NCBI GenBank assembly: GCA_000432255.1
Contig: HF989914.1
Location: 11,270 to 75,269, forward strand
Length of the DNA stretch: 64,000 nucleotides
DNA from: Acholeplasma sp. CAG:878
GTDB taxonomy: Bacteria > Bacillota_I > Bacilli_A > RF39 > UBA660
Direction of reading: 5' to 3'
Shown: piece after piece, positions 39,096 to 49,104 of the stretch
Numbering within the stretch: position 1 is the stretch's first letter
Layout of the letters: the number at the start of each line of letters is the position of its first letter
Notes under the pieces: generated by a model
Databases searched by the model: none
What the model saw: only the letters and a program-made list of their open reading frames with translations
Told to the model about the DNA's origin: nothing
Made by a program: the position numbers and the translations under genes

Positions 39096-39139
39096 ATTTA
39101 GTCTTCCTTTTGATACGTTCATTATTTTAACAAAAAATC

Positions 39140-41140
39140 CTAAATTAGGCTCTTTTGTTTTTCCTTAGTTCTATGTTCAACTCTTCGTTGATTTGCTAGA
39201 ACAATAATTTTTTTAATTTCTTGTTGCCATTCTTCACTTTTATATTTTCTTTCGTTGATATAAAAATCATCAATCAGTTTTTGTAAAGTTAATGTAATAT
39301 AACTGTCAATAGGACTAAACAAATCTAAAAAATATGCTTGCCCACAACCATCATGACCTATATTTTCACTAGCGTAATAAGCTTTATTAGTATCTTCACA
39401 TATAATCTGATAAATTACTTTAGCCGTATTTCTATCTAATTTTCCCATCAAACTGTTTAGAACATTCATATCTCTTACAAATGAATCTTCATCTTGATGA
39501 GCTTGAACACGATAAATGCATGGTAATCCTTTTTTAGTAAAATAAGTTCCAACTGCTCTTGATACTTTAGATAAATACATTTTTTCTAATGTTTTTCCAA
39601 AATCTTTATCATCTAAATCAAAATCATTTAACAATGTATAATAACTAAATGTTACTTCTTTATTTGGTAATATAAAGTTATCATATGAATATATTTTATC
39701 TAAACTAACAATACTTCTATATATATCAAAACTTGCTATTCTACCATTATTTGATAGTTCTATTTCATATGTTATAGCAGGTCTTTTAATCATTGGTTCA
39801 AATGATAAATAATTTGTTATAATATCCATTGGAAAAATCGGATTTTCGCCTGTAAACATCTTATTTCTAAAATAAGATTCTAATTCATCATATTTTACAT
39901 AAGCACTTATATCAATAGTATGAACTTTAATTACCACTCTTCCTTTTTCATTAATATTTGCTGAATAACATTTATTAATATAAGAATTATCTAGACTAGT
40001 TATAGCAAAAGTAGGAGAATCTTCAACTCTTTCATTTAAATCCATTTGCCTTCTATATAAATATCCAAATGAAGAATAATCAGGATTTATAAAGTCTTCA
40101 ATGTTGTTTTCTTCTTGTTTACCTAAATTATAAATACTTTTTAAAATTTCCGGATATTTTTTATAGTGCTTAATTGTTTCAACAAATTCTTCGATTTTAA
40201 TTTGAATTAAAGCTTCATATTCTTTATTAAAATAAGGATGATTGACAAATAAATTAAATATTTTTTCATAATATTCTTTAGGAATATATGTAGAAGTTTG
40301 ATTTTTAAGCTCAATTAAGCAACTTTCAAAATAATAATCTAATATTACAAAAATAATGTTTTGATTATTTATAGAGATATTTAAGATATCTGGCATTAAT
40401 TCGATTAATCTTTTGATTTTATCATAATTATTTAAAGTGTTTAAAAAGTATTTGATTATATCTATTCTATTATCGTAAAAAGTAATTTCTTCATATTTAA
40501 AATCTAATATAGAATAAATTTCTTTTAATTTATTAACTAAAGCTTTTTTGTTTTGTTTTTTTAATTCTCTTCTTTTAATGATTGTTTGGTGTTTTAAACT
40601 GTTCAACAACGGTTCGATTTCTTCTTTTAATTTACTATCAGAACTACTATAAATAACCATTAATCTAATAGCAACTTGCTTTAATAAATCTAGGTCAACT
40701 AAAGTATTTAATAAATATAAATATAGTGATGTTAATTCTGATATTTTAAATGTTTCAATTTCCGTAGTTTTAGCTTTTTCCAATAAATCAGAAGATAAAG
40801 TCACTTCTTTTTTTTCATCTTTATCTACTGCTTTTCTCTCATTAAAAGAATTTATCTTTTTAGCGTGGCTTAAATATTCTTGTAAAATTTGCTTTTGAAA
40901 ATTACAAAACAAAACTGCTTCTTTTACATCTGGTTTTAATCTCAACTTTTGTTCTTCTTTATAATAATTATTTTTATTCTTTTTATATTCATTTATTGCT
41001 TTATTTAATTTTTCAATTTCTCTTTCAATTTCTTCTAAAAGTTGCCTTGAAACTTCTTTATCAAATGGTTTTAGAAAAGGATATTTTAAAACCAATTCTC
41101 TCATTTTATTAATACTAAAATTAAACTTCATATAATTCAC
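39140..41140 (-). CDS. RNB-domain (RNase II/R-like) protein with long N-terminal coiled-coil; catalytic motifs degenerate
   Basis: C-terminal half matches RNB landmarks: ...KVHTIDISAYV..., IFPMDI, CIYRVQAH, ENIGHDGCGQAYFLDLFSPIDSYITL (cf. GHFGL...YTHFTSPIRRYxDL). The acidic DxxxxxDDA block is replaced by SLDNSYINKC and RR by DS. Confidence 0.6.
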   Translation of the reverse strand: MNYMKFNFSINKMRELVLKYPFLKPFDKEVSRQLLEEIEREIEKLNKAINEYKKNKNNYYKEEQKLRLKPDVKEAVLFCNFQKQILQEYLSHAKKINSFNERKAVDKDEKKEVTLSSDLLEKAKTTEIETFKISELTSLYLYLLNTLVDLDLLKQVAIRLMVIYSSSDSKLKEEIEPLLNSLKHQTIIKRRELKKQNKKALVNKLKEIYSILDFKYEEITFYDNRIDIIKYFLNTLNNYDKIKRLIELMPDILNISINNQNIIFVILDYYFESCLIELKNQTSTYIPKEYYEKIFNLFVNHPYFNKEYEALIQIKIEEFVETIKHYKKYPEILKSIYNLGKQEENNIEDFINPDYSSFGYLYRRQMDLNERVEDSPTFAITSLDNSYINKCYSANINEKGRVVIKVHTIDISAYVKYDELESYFRNKMFTGENPIFPMDIITNYLSFEPMIKRPAITYEIELSNNGRIASFDIYRSIVSLDKIYSYDNFILPNKEVTFSYYTLLNDFDLDDKDFGKTLEKMYLSKVSRAVGTYFTKKGLPCIYRVQAHQDEDSFVRDMNVLNSLMGKLDRNTAKVIYQIICEDTNKAYYASENIGHDGCGQAYFLDLFSPIDSYITLTLQKLIDDFYINERKYKSEEWQQEIKKIIVLANQRRVEHRTKEKQKSLI

Positions 41141-41160
41141 CTACTAACTTTAAGAACACA

Positions 41161-42057
41161 CTATTTACGCATGTTATCGCTATTCATTTCGATAACATCA
41201 CATAATTGTTTAACCCTCTCAATTATTCTTTTTGCTTTCACAACTTCTTTTCCATTAAAACTTAAGTGTTGTTCTAAATCATCAATACTTAAATTAGAAG
41301 TAAAAAATGTTGGTAGTTTTTCATCCATTCTATACTGTAAAATAGGACATAATATTTCATCTCTTGACCATGCACTGATTGCTTCAGCGCCAATATCATC
41401 GATTAATAAAATTGGTGTTTTTTTGACATTTAGTAATTTATCAGAAAAATCGCTATCAAATGAACTTTTTAATTCTTGTAAAAATTCAGAAAAGAAAACG
41501 ATTGTACTTCTTACTTGTTTTTTTGCTAACTCATTTAACATGGCAGTTATTAAATATGATTTACCACATCCAAAATTACCATATAAATATAATCCTTTTG
41601 AAACATTTGGATAGTTATTTTTAAAATCATTTAACCATCTAATTGTATCTTTTCTTTTAAGATATTTTCCATCTATATTACTCCAAGATGCATTACTAGC
41701 ACCTACTGGAGTGTTATAATATTTAACATATTTTAAATGATTATTTTCTTTATTTTTATTATTTGTATAATGACATGCCTTATATCTAAAGACTAATGTA
41801 TTATTAACAACTTTAGGTAAGTATGTATAACCTCTTATTTTATTCAAACATTCCATTAATCCGCTACAATTTAAACAATTATTATATTCTATAGTACTTT
41901 CTTCTAAATTAGATGTATGCTTCATCATTTCTTCTTTAGGTAGATTAAATTTATTAACGAAATTTTTAAATTGTTCATTTTCTAAACTTTTTTCATATTC
42001 GTAAGAAAGTTCCGTTTTTTTATTATATCCATTAGTAAGTTCGCTTGCTTTAATCAT
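41161..42057 (-). CDS. dnaI: Primosomal helicase loader DnaI
   Basis: N-terminal Zn-binding CLNCSGLMEC, AAA+ Walker A GNFGCGKSYL, Walker B LLIDDIG. Confidence 0.85.
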   Translation of the reverse strand: MIKASELTNGYNKKTELSYEYEKSLENEQFKNFVNKFNLPKEEMMKHTSNLEESTIEYNNCLNCSGLMECLNKIRGYTYLPKVVNNTLVFRYKACHYTNNKNKENNHLKYVKYYNTPVGASNASWSNIDGKYLKRKDTIRWLNDFKNNYPNVSKGLYLYGNFGCGKSYLITAMLNELAKKQVRSTIVFFSEFLQELKSSFDSDFSDKLLNVKKTPILLIDDIGAEAISAWSRDEILCPILQYRMDEKLPTFFTSNLSIDDLEQHLSFNGKEVVKAKRIIERVKQLCDVIEMNSDNMRK

Positions 42058-43294
42058 TAATACCTACTCCTAATTCTTTTTCAAAAGCTCTCAATTCTTC
42101 TTCACTCATCAAATCTGATTTTATTTCTTTATCTAACCAATCGGGTAATTTTTTAGATTGTTGTTTTATTTTTTTCTTATTTTCACCTTTGGCAATATTA
42201 ATAGCATCGGCTACCGTATTTATATTACATCTTATCCATTGTGAGGCTATTTTTTCAACATATGCTTTATTTAATTTATTATTATTTATTCTTAAAACAT
42301 AATCTATTAAAACATTTACAACTCCTGGTTTTAGATTTAAATCGATTAACAAATATTCGATTAATTTTAAATCAGCTCTAGTTGGTTCACAACCACCATT
42401 TTTGCTCGTTAAAAATTCTTTTGGACTTGCTTCTTCTAATTCTTTTATATATAAATCTAATTTACTTCCTCCATTAGTATTACTACGCCAAGCATAAGGT
42501 TGTTCTCTATCAACAATCGCTGGAACATGATTTTTATTTTCAAACTTATAGTAATTTCTACAATTTGTTTTTAATACATCAGTTTCAATTTTTTTATTAC
42601 AACCTAGGGAATCTTCAATAATCGTAGTCATCGTTTTGTTATCATAACCATAAACTAAAGCTAATTGATAAATTAACATTCTTGTGTTGCTATCAATGCT
42701 TTTATAATCAATCAACTCACTTGGAATATTTCCTAATACTTCTCTTAAGTCGATTGTTGGCTCAAAATCTAATCCTAAATGTTTTACTTTGACAATATTT
42801 TTATTATTAATTCTTTTAGTTTGTGTAAAACTAAATACATCTCTAAATGTTTTACTTATATCTTTATATTCACTTAAATTGATATTTGGAATACTAAATT
42901 TATTAACAATGTTTTCATATGCTTTTTTACCTACATTGTTAAATAAAGATGTATCTAAAATTGGATTATTTATAAACTCATAAGCAGTAAGTGGTGAGTA
43001 TAATTCATATATATATTCATTTAAATCACCTTTTTTTACATATGTTTTAAGTAAACCTAAGGCTTCTAATTTTTCTCTTGCTTTACATATATCTTCTAAT
43101 TTTAATTGCATAGTATTTACTATATCATAATGATTAATATTTTCATTACCAATAAATCCCCATAAAGTAACATATAAATTAAAAGCAATGCTTCCCATTA
43201 TTGGTTGATATAAAAGGGATAACACTTCTCTATTCTGATCATTTAAAAATGTATGATTGATTACTATAAAACTATCTAGTGGTAGTACATCCAT
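42050..43294 (-). CDS. dnaB: Replication initiation/membrane attachment protein DnaB (Firmicutes DnaB/DnaD family)
   Basis: Conserved dnaB-dnaI pairing with an 8-nt overlap; DnaB/DnaD-like C-terminal region. Confidence 0.7.
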   Translation of the reverse strand: MDVLPLDSFIVINHTFLNDQNREVLSLLYQPIMGSIAFNLYVTLWGFIGNENINHYDIVNTMQLKLEDICKAREKLEALGLLKTYVKKGDLNEYIYELYSPLTAYEFINNPILDTSLFNNVGKKAYENIVNKFSIPNINLSEYKDISKTFRDVFSFTQTKRINNKNIVKVKHLGLDFEPTIDLREVLGNIPSELIDYKSIDSNTRMLIYQLALVYGYDNKTMTTIIEDSLGCNKKIETDVLKTNCRNYYKFENKNHVPAIVDREQPYAWRSNTNGGSKLDLYIKELEEASPKEFLTSKNGGCEPTRADLKLIEYLLIDLNLKPGVVNVLIDYVLRINNNKLNKAYVEKIASQWIRCNINTVADAINIAKGENKKKIKQQSKKLPDWLDKEIKSDLMSEEELRAFEKELGVGIND

Positions 43295-43347
43295 GTTTTT
43301 CCCTCCCTTTCAATATAATAACATATTTTAGAAATAAAAAAAAGAAA

Positions 43348-43635
43348 TTAATCTAAAATATTTATAATTTCTTCTTTTAATTTTTCGTCTTTAACTAAAT
43401 TTAATATTAATTTTTTTTTATTGTAAATTTTTAACTTTTCTTCATACATTAATAGTTTGTCAATAGTATCTTTTAATGACTTAAAAACAGCATTTCTACT
43501 TACATTATCATTTAAAGCGATTTCTTGTAAGGTTAGATTGTCAAAATAATATGCTTTAAAATATTCTTGTTGTTTTAAAGTTAAAAGATTATAATAACAA
43601 TCAAAAAGATTTGTGTATAGTATTATATCTTCCAT
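43348..43635 (-). CDS. ylxM: UPF0122 protein YlxM (SRP-associated putative DNA-binding protein)
   Basis: ...LTLKQQEYFKAYYFDNLTLQEIALNDNVSRNAVFKSLKDT... is the YlxM helix-turn-helix signature. Confidence 0.75.
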   Translation of the reverse strand: MEDIILYTNLFDCYYNLLTLKQQEYFKAYYFDNLTLQEIALNDNVSRNAVFKSLKDTIDKLLMYEEKLKIYNKKKLILNLVKDEKLKEEIINILD

Positions 43636-43636
43636 A

Positions 43637-43936
43637 CTATATAAATAAGCTAACTAATAGTAGTATTCCAAACAACATATAAACATATGTCATATATTTT
43701 CTTTTATATACTTTTTGATTATTAAATGCTAGTACAAACATCATAACACTAATTAAAACTTCACATATTATAAATAAATCTTTATTAAAAATAGATAAAA
43801 TACCGAAACTAATTATAAAAATAATTAAAGCCATTTGAAATAATAGTGTTATTTGATAAAATTCTTTTAAATCGATTACTTTTCTAGTTTTCATCATTAC
43901 CTCCAAATAATCCATAGATATATTTTTCAATATCAA
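43637..43936 (-). CDS. Hypothetical small membrane protein
   Basis: ORF only; overlaps the ftsY 3' end by 53 nt, so the start is probably internal. Confidence 0.35.
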   Translation of the reverse strand: MILKNISMDYLEVMMKTRKVIDLKEFYQITLLFQMALIIFIISFGILSIFNKDLFIICEVLISVMMFVLAFNNQKVYKRKYMTYVYMLFGILLLVSLFI

Positions 43937-44855
43937 ATACTTTTAAATCTTCTTCTTTTTCTCCTAAACCGATAAACTTAACTGGAATGCCGACTTTTTC
44001 TTTAATTGCAAGTACAATACCACCTTTAGCAGTTCCATCTAGTTTTGTTAATACAATTCCTGTTATATTTGTGATTTCTTTAAAACTTTTGGCTTGACTT
44101 ATACCATTTTGACCACTAGTAGCGTCGATTACTAACAAAACTTCATGAGGGGCGTTTGGAATAATTTTTCCAATTACTTTATTAATCTTTTCTAATTCAT
44201 TCATTAAATTAACTTTATTTTGAAGTCTTCCAGCTGTATCGATTAAAACAACATCATAATTTTCATTTTTAGCTTTTTCTAATCCATCATATATAACACT
44301 AGCAGCATCTTTTGTATCTTTATAACAAACTTCACAATTCGTTTTAATACCCCATTCTTTTATTTGTTCTACTGCTCCTGCTCTAAATGTATCTCCAGCT
44401 ACTAATAATACTTTTTTTCCTTCTTTTTTTAATTTATAAGCAATTTTACCGATTGTAGTAGTTTTACCTACTCCATTAACACCAACAAATAGTATTACAG
44501 TTGGTCCTTCCTTACTATAATTTATCTTATTTACAATGATATCATTATTAACATAAATAACAAACATTTCATCAATTATAATATCCATTAAATCTTTGCT
44601 ATCAACTATATTTTCTTTTTTTACTCTTCTTTTTAATTTATCAATTAAATCCATAACTGTCTCAACACCGATATCGGCTGTTATGAAAATTTCTTCTAGT
44701 TCGTCAAAGTATTCATCACTTACTTTTTTATATTTACCATTTAAAATTGATAATTTTGATTTAAATTCTTTGCTTGTTTTTTCTAAACCTGTTTTATAAT
44801 CTTCTAACTCTTCTTTGTTGCTAAATAAATTTTTAAATTTTTTAAATATTTGCAT
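43884..44855 (-). CDS. ftsY: Signal recognition particle receptor FtsY (NG domain only)
   Basis: GVNGVGKTTTIGK (G1), DTAGR (G3), TKLDGTAKGG (G4). It lacks the N-terminal acidic A domain, as in many Firmicutes. Confidence 0.9.
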   Translation of the reverse strand: MQIFKKFKNLFSNKEELEDYKTGLEKTSKEFKSKLSILNGKYKKVSDEYFDELEEIFITADIGVETVMDLIDKLKRRVKKENIVDSKDLMDIIIDEMFVIYVNNDIIVNKINYSKEGPTVILFVGVNGVGKTTTIGKIAYKLKKEGKKVLLVAGDTFRAGAVEQIKEWGIKTNCEVCYKDTKDAASVIYDGLEKAKNENYDVVLIDTAGRLQNKVNLMNELEKINKVIGKIIPNAPHEVLLVIDATSGQNGISQAKSFKEITNITGIVLTKLDGTAKGGIVLAIKEKVGIPVKFIGLGEKEEDLKVFDIEKYIYGLFGGNDEN

Positions 44856-44943
44856 GCTTAATCACCTATATTTATTATACTATTTTTAATCTTACTTTAC
44901 AATTATTTTTTTTGTGTTATAATAAGAAACCGTGAGGTGACTT

Positions 44944-45765
44944 ATGTTTAAAAAATTATTAAAACTAACAAAAGATATTACTGAATTATATCAAAAATTA
45001 GGTTACTTAGAATGTCAAGGAAGAAAAAATAGTCAAGAATGGCATTTATCAAAAGCTGAACTTAAAGAAAAATTAGAAGAAGAAAAGAAATTTTACGAAA
45101 ATCTTGAAGCAATCAGTACCGAAGAATTAGATGAAATAAAATGTGATGATATTGTAATGGCAAGAATTAAAAGTAAACTTACAAAAGTTCAAATAAAGCA
45201 AATGGAAGATGAAATGTTAACAATTGCAGAAGAAAACGGCAATTTACCTTATATTAAATCAGTTCTTTTTAAAGTAGGTAAACTTAATAATTGCATTGAT
45301 AATGATATTACTATGAATGCTTTAGTTTATTTAAACGAATACTTACCTTATATAGGTTCAAAGGATTTAGCGATTAGTTTTATGTATGAAAAATTTAGAA
45401 TTGCTGCTGCTAGTATAGATGATTGTGAAAATTTATTGTTTGACGCAAATTTTGAACTACCAAATACTGCTTATACAACATGTCAAACATGTGGTAGATT
45501 ATTAGGTCTTGATGATAATACTATAAATGAAGCAATTGATTCTAATTGTTTAAACCTTTTAACTAGTTTACTTAATATAAATATAAAAGAAGATACATTT
45601 GAAGAAGTAAAACCATATTATATGTGTCAAATTAAAGCAAGAGTTACTTTACTTAGTGATGAAGGACTAAATCAACTTTCCAATTTATTAGAAGAAAGTA
45701 ATAATACTATAATAAGTTGTTTAATGGAAAAAACAATAAAAGAACTTAAAGGAAAAACTTACTAA
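44944..45765 (+). CDS. Hypothetical protein
   Basis: 273-aa ORF with a GGTG SD (gtgaggtgacttATG); no family recognised; followed by a hairpin terminator. Confidence 0.55.
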   Translation: MFKKLLKLTKDITELYQKLGYLECQGRKNSQEWHLSKAELKEKLEEEKKFYENLEAISTEELDEIKCDDIVMARIKSKLTKVQIKQMEDEMLTIAEENGNLPYIKSVLFKVGKLNNCIDNDITMNALVYLNEYLPYIGSKDLAISFMYEKFRIAAASIDDCENLLFDANFELPNTAYTTCQTCGRLLGLDDNTINEAIDSNCLNLLTSLLNINIKEDTFEEVKPYYMCQIKARVTLLSDEGLNQLSNLLEESNNTIISCLMEKTIKELKGKTY

Positions 45766-45770
45766 AACAC

Positions 45771-45793
45771 CTTAGTGGTGTTTTTACTTTACA
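45771..45793 (+). terminator. Intrinsic terminator
   Basis: AACACC-ttagt-GGTGTT followed by TTTT. Confidence 0.4.
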
Positions 45794-45851
45794 AATTTAC
45801 AAAAACAATGTATAATTAATTAGTCGCAAAACTTTTAAGAAAGGAGGATTC

Positions 45852-47495
45852 ATGGAAAATAAATTTACTAAAGTATTTGCTTTAGGTGGTTTGGGTGAAG
45901 TTGGAAAAAATATGTATTGCATTATGTATGACAAAGAAATCATTATTACTGATGCAGGTATTACTTTTCCACAAGAGATTAAGGGTGTTGATTATATAAT
46001 TCCAGATTTCACATTTTTAAAGAAAAATGAAAAATATATTAAAGCTCTATTTATAACCCATGGTCATGAGGATCATATAGGAGCGATACCTTTTCTTTTA
46101 AATATGGTAAACATTCCTCGTGTATATGCTCCAAACCAAGCAGTGGGTCTAATTAGAAAAAAATTAGAAGAAAGAAATATTCAATATAAAAATTTATTTG
46201 TTTATACTGAAAAAAATCATATTAAATTTAAAAATATTAGTGTTGAATTTTTTATGACAACTCACTCTATACCAGATTCACATGGTATTGTAGTTCATAC
46301 TCCAGATGGTACTATTGTAACAACGGGTGATTTTAAATTTGACTTAACACCAATTGGTCCAATGGCTAATTTACATAAAATGGCCGAAGTTGGAAAAAAA
46401 GGTGTTACTCTACTTTTAAGTGATAGTACTAATGCTTTAAATAGTGGTTTTTCAGCTAGTGAGTCAAAAGTTGATGAAGCGTTAGCTGGTATTTTTAGAA
46501 CTCATAGTGGACGTATTATAATTGCAACATTTGCTTCTAATATATACAGATTAAAACATATAGTTGATACTTGCCAAAGAAACGGTAGAAAAATCGCTGT
46601 ATTTGGACGTAGCATGGATACTAATATTGAAATATCTATTAAAGATGGTTATATTAAAAATAAAGGTATTTTTATAACACCTGAAGAAGCAAATCATTTA
46701 CCAAATAATAAAGTATGCTTGTTATGTACTGGCTCTCAAGGTGAACCACTTGCTGCTTTATCAAGAATTGCTAATGGTAGTCATAGACAAATAAAATTAC
46801 AAGCAGATGATGTAGTTGTATTTTCATCATCAGCTATTCCTGGTAATGCTATTAGTATATCAAGAACAATCAACAAATTATATTTAAAAGGTGTTAAAGT
46901 ATATACCAATACACTATTAAGTGATATTCATACATCTGGTCATGGAAGTCAAGAAGAATTAAAGTTAATGTTGCGACTAATTAAACCAAAATATTTCATG
47001 CCATTTCACGGTGAATATCGTATGCTTAAAAAACATGCTGACCTTGCTACTTTATGTGGCGTACCTAAGGAAAACACATTTGTTTTAGGTAATGGCGAAG
47101 TTTTAACTATTAAAAAAGGTATTGTTAAAAAACAAGGTACTGTTCCTGCTGGTGATATATATGTCGATGGTAATAAAATTGGTGATGTTGATAATCTAAT
47201 TATGAAAGAAAGAAAAATAATGTCTAATGATGGTATTGTTATTGTAATTATTAATACTAAAAATAATAAATTAATAACAAAACCAAGCATTGCTACTCGT
47301 GGTTTTGTAGTTGTCAATGATAATCAAGAATTACTACATGAACTTGAAAATTATGTTGAAAAAGTTATAATAAATAGTAAAAACAATGATATCAAACCAT
47401 TAGTTATTAATGAACTATCAGATTATATATTTACTAAAACTGGAAGAAAACCAATTATTATGCCTGTAATAATGGAAATTAAAAAAACACATTAA
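45852..47495 (+). CDS. rnj: Ribonuclease J
   Basis: Metallo-beta-lactamase HGHEDHIGA motif, beta-CASP and C-terminal domains; AAGGAGG SD. Confidence 0.9.
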   Translation: MENKFTKVFALGGLGEVGKNMYCIMYDKEIIITDAGITFPQEIKGVDYIIPDFTFLKKNEKYIKALFITHGHEDHIGAIPFLLNMVNIPRVYAPNQAVGLIRKKLEERNIQYKNLFVYTEKNHIKFKNISVEFFMTTHSIPDSHGIVVHTPDGTIVTTGDFKFDLTPIGPMANLHKMAEVGKKGVTLLLSDSTNALNSGFSASESKVDEALAGIFRTHSGRIIIATFASNIYRLKHIVDTCQRNGRKIAVFGRSMDTNIEISIKDGYIKNKGIFITPEEANHLPNNKVCLLCTGSQGEPLAALSRIANGSHRQIKLQADDVVVFSSSAIPGNAISISRTINKLYLKGVKVYTNTLLSDIHTSGHGSQEELKLMLRLIKPKYFMPFHGEYRMLKKHADLATLCGVPKENTFVLGNGEVLTIKKGIVKKQGTVPAGDIYVDGNKIGDVDNLIMKERKIMSNDGIVIVIINTKNNKLITKPSIATRGFVVVNDNQELLHELENYVEKVIINSKNNDIKPLVINELSDYIFTKTGRKPIIMPVIMEIKKTH

Positions 47496-48310
47496 TTGTG
47501 TTTTTTTTGACAACAAGGACAATAATAAGTTCCTCTTCCACCTACTCTTATTTTTAAAATATCAGAATTACAATTTGGACAATTCTTTTTTGTATGCACT
47601 AGTAATTCATTTTGAAATCTTCCATGAACTCCTTCACTTGATTCATAACTTTTTATAGTAGTACCACCTAATTCAATAGCTTTTTCTAATACAATTTTTG
47701 AATTATCTATAATTGCTTGTAATTCTTTTTCATTTAATTCACATGCTTTAGTTAAAGGATTAATTTTACTTAAAAAAAGTACCTCATCAGCATATATATT
47801 ACCTAATCCTGTAATTATTTGTTGATCTAAAATAACTGTTTTAATTGGTGTTTTCTTATTTTTGTATTTTTCTTTTAAATATTTAACATTTAAATTATCA
47901 TCAAATGGTTCATATCCCAATTCATTTAATGGTTTATTATTATAAACTTCATCTTTTTTATATAGATACATTTTTCCAAATTTTCTTGTATCTTGATATC
48001 TTAATTCTTCATCTTCAAATTTAAATACAACATGTTGGTGTTTAGATAAAGGTTCATTTGTTTTTATATAAAACTTTCCTTCCATTCTAAGATGACTTAA
48101 TAAATAATAATCATTTAATTCAAACATTAACCATTTTCCTCTTCTTTTAATATCGATTATTGTTTGTTCCTTTAAATTATTAATAAATTCTTCTACTTTG
48201 GGGTAAGCAATTATATTGTTATAATACACTTGTACATCAATTATCTTTTTATTTAAAATTTGTTTTTTTAGTGTTTCTTTTACTGTTTCTACTTCTGGTA
48301 ATTCTGGCAT
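47492..48310 (-). CDS. mutM: Formamidopyrimidine-DNA glycosylase
   Basis: MPELPEVETV N-terminus (catalytic Pro2), C-terminal zinc finger CPNC...CPCC. Confidence 0.9.
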   Translation of the reverse strand: MPELPEVETVKETLKKQILNKKIIDVQVYYNNIIAYPKVEEFINNLKEQTIIDIKRRGKWLMFELNDYYLLSHLRMEGKFYIKTNEPLSKHQHVVFKFEDEELRYQDTRKFGKMYLYKKDEVYNNKPLNELGYEPFDDNLNVKYLKEKYKNKKTPIKTVILDQQIITGLGNIYADEVLFLSKINPLTKACELNEKELQAIIDNSKIVLEKAIELGGTTIKSYESSEGVHGRFQNELLVHTKKNCPNCNSDILKIRVGGRGTYYCPCCQKKHN

Positions 48311-48311
48311 A

Positions 48312-49034
48312 CTAATCCTCCAATACTACTTCTTCTAAATAATACTTTTCTTTAATTATTTTATCTATATTTGAAATTAATGTGTGATTTACTTTACTAA
48401 AATATAATCTTATTTGTTTTTCTTTGTTACCTAATTTTAATGTGTCAGCTAAAATTGTACCCATATTTATTAATGGTATTTTACTATCTAAATAATCATT
48501 CAATTCTTTTTCAATAATTGGATAATGTGTACATCCTAGTATTAACACATCGACTTTATCTTTAAAAATATTCATATATTTTGGTATTATATCTGTTAGA
48601 GATTGTTCATTTTCAATATATGGTACAAAATCATTACATGACCTAGCTATTATTTTTTTATTTATTCTTTTTTCAAATGTTTTACTCTTAATCGTCATAT
48701 TTGTTCCTATTAGTCCTATAGTTTCATAATTAGAATTGTTTATATAATCAATAGTAGGACTTATAACATCATATATTTTAGTGTCTTTGGGTAATTTATC
48801 AAATACATTAGAACTTATAGTTCCACACGCAACTATAATTAAATCAACATCTTTTTTGTTTAAAAAGTTAATTATTTTATTTGATAGTTTTAATAATTCT
48901 TCTTTTGATTTTGTTCCATAAGGTGCGTTTATATTATCTCCAAAATAATAATATTTATTATTTGGGTATTTTTTTATTAATTCTGCTAAAACTGTTAATC
49001 CACCTATTCCTGAGTCAAAAATACCTATTTTCAT
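48312..49034 (-). CDS. murI: Glutamate racemase
   Basis: IGIFDSGIGGLTV, VACGTIS, GCTHYP racemase motifs. Confidence 0.9.
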   Translation of the reverse strand: MKIGIFDSGIGGLTVLAELIKKYPNNKYYYFGDNINAPYGTKSKEELLKLSNKIINFLNKKDVDLIIVACGTISSNVFDKLPKDTKIYDVISPTIDYINNSNYETIGLIGTNMTIKSKTFEKRINKKIIARSCNDFVPYIENEQSLTDIIPKYMNIFKDKVDVLILGCTHYPIIEKELNDYLDSKIPLINMGTILADTLKLGNKEKQIRLYFSKVNHTLISNIDKIIKEKYYLEEVVLED

Positions 49035-49059
49035 AAAAACCTCCTAATTAATTATATCA

Positions 49060-49090
49060 CATTAAAGAAAAAAACTGATTATTTTCAGTT
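49060..49090 (-). terminator. Intrinsic terminator downstream of the prepilin-type gene fragment
   Basis: Minus strand: AACTGA-aaataa-TCAGTT followed by TTTTTT. Confidence 0.4.
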
Positions 49091-49104
49091 TTTTATTTTG
49101 ATTT

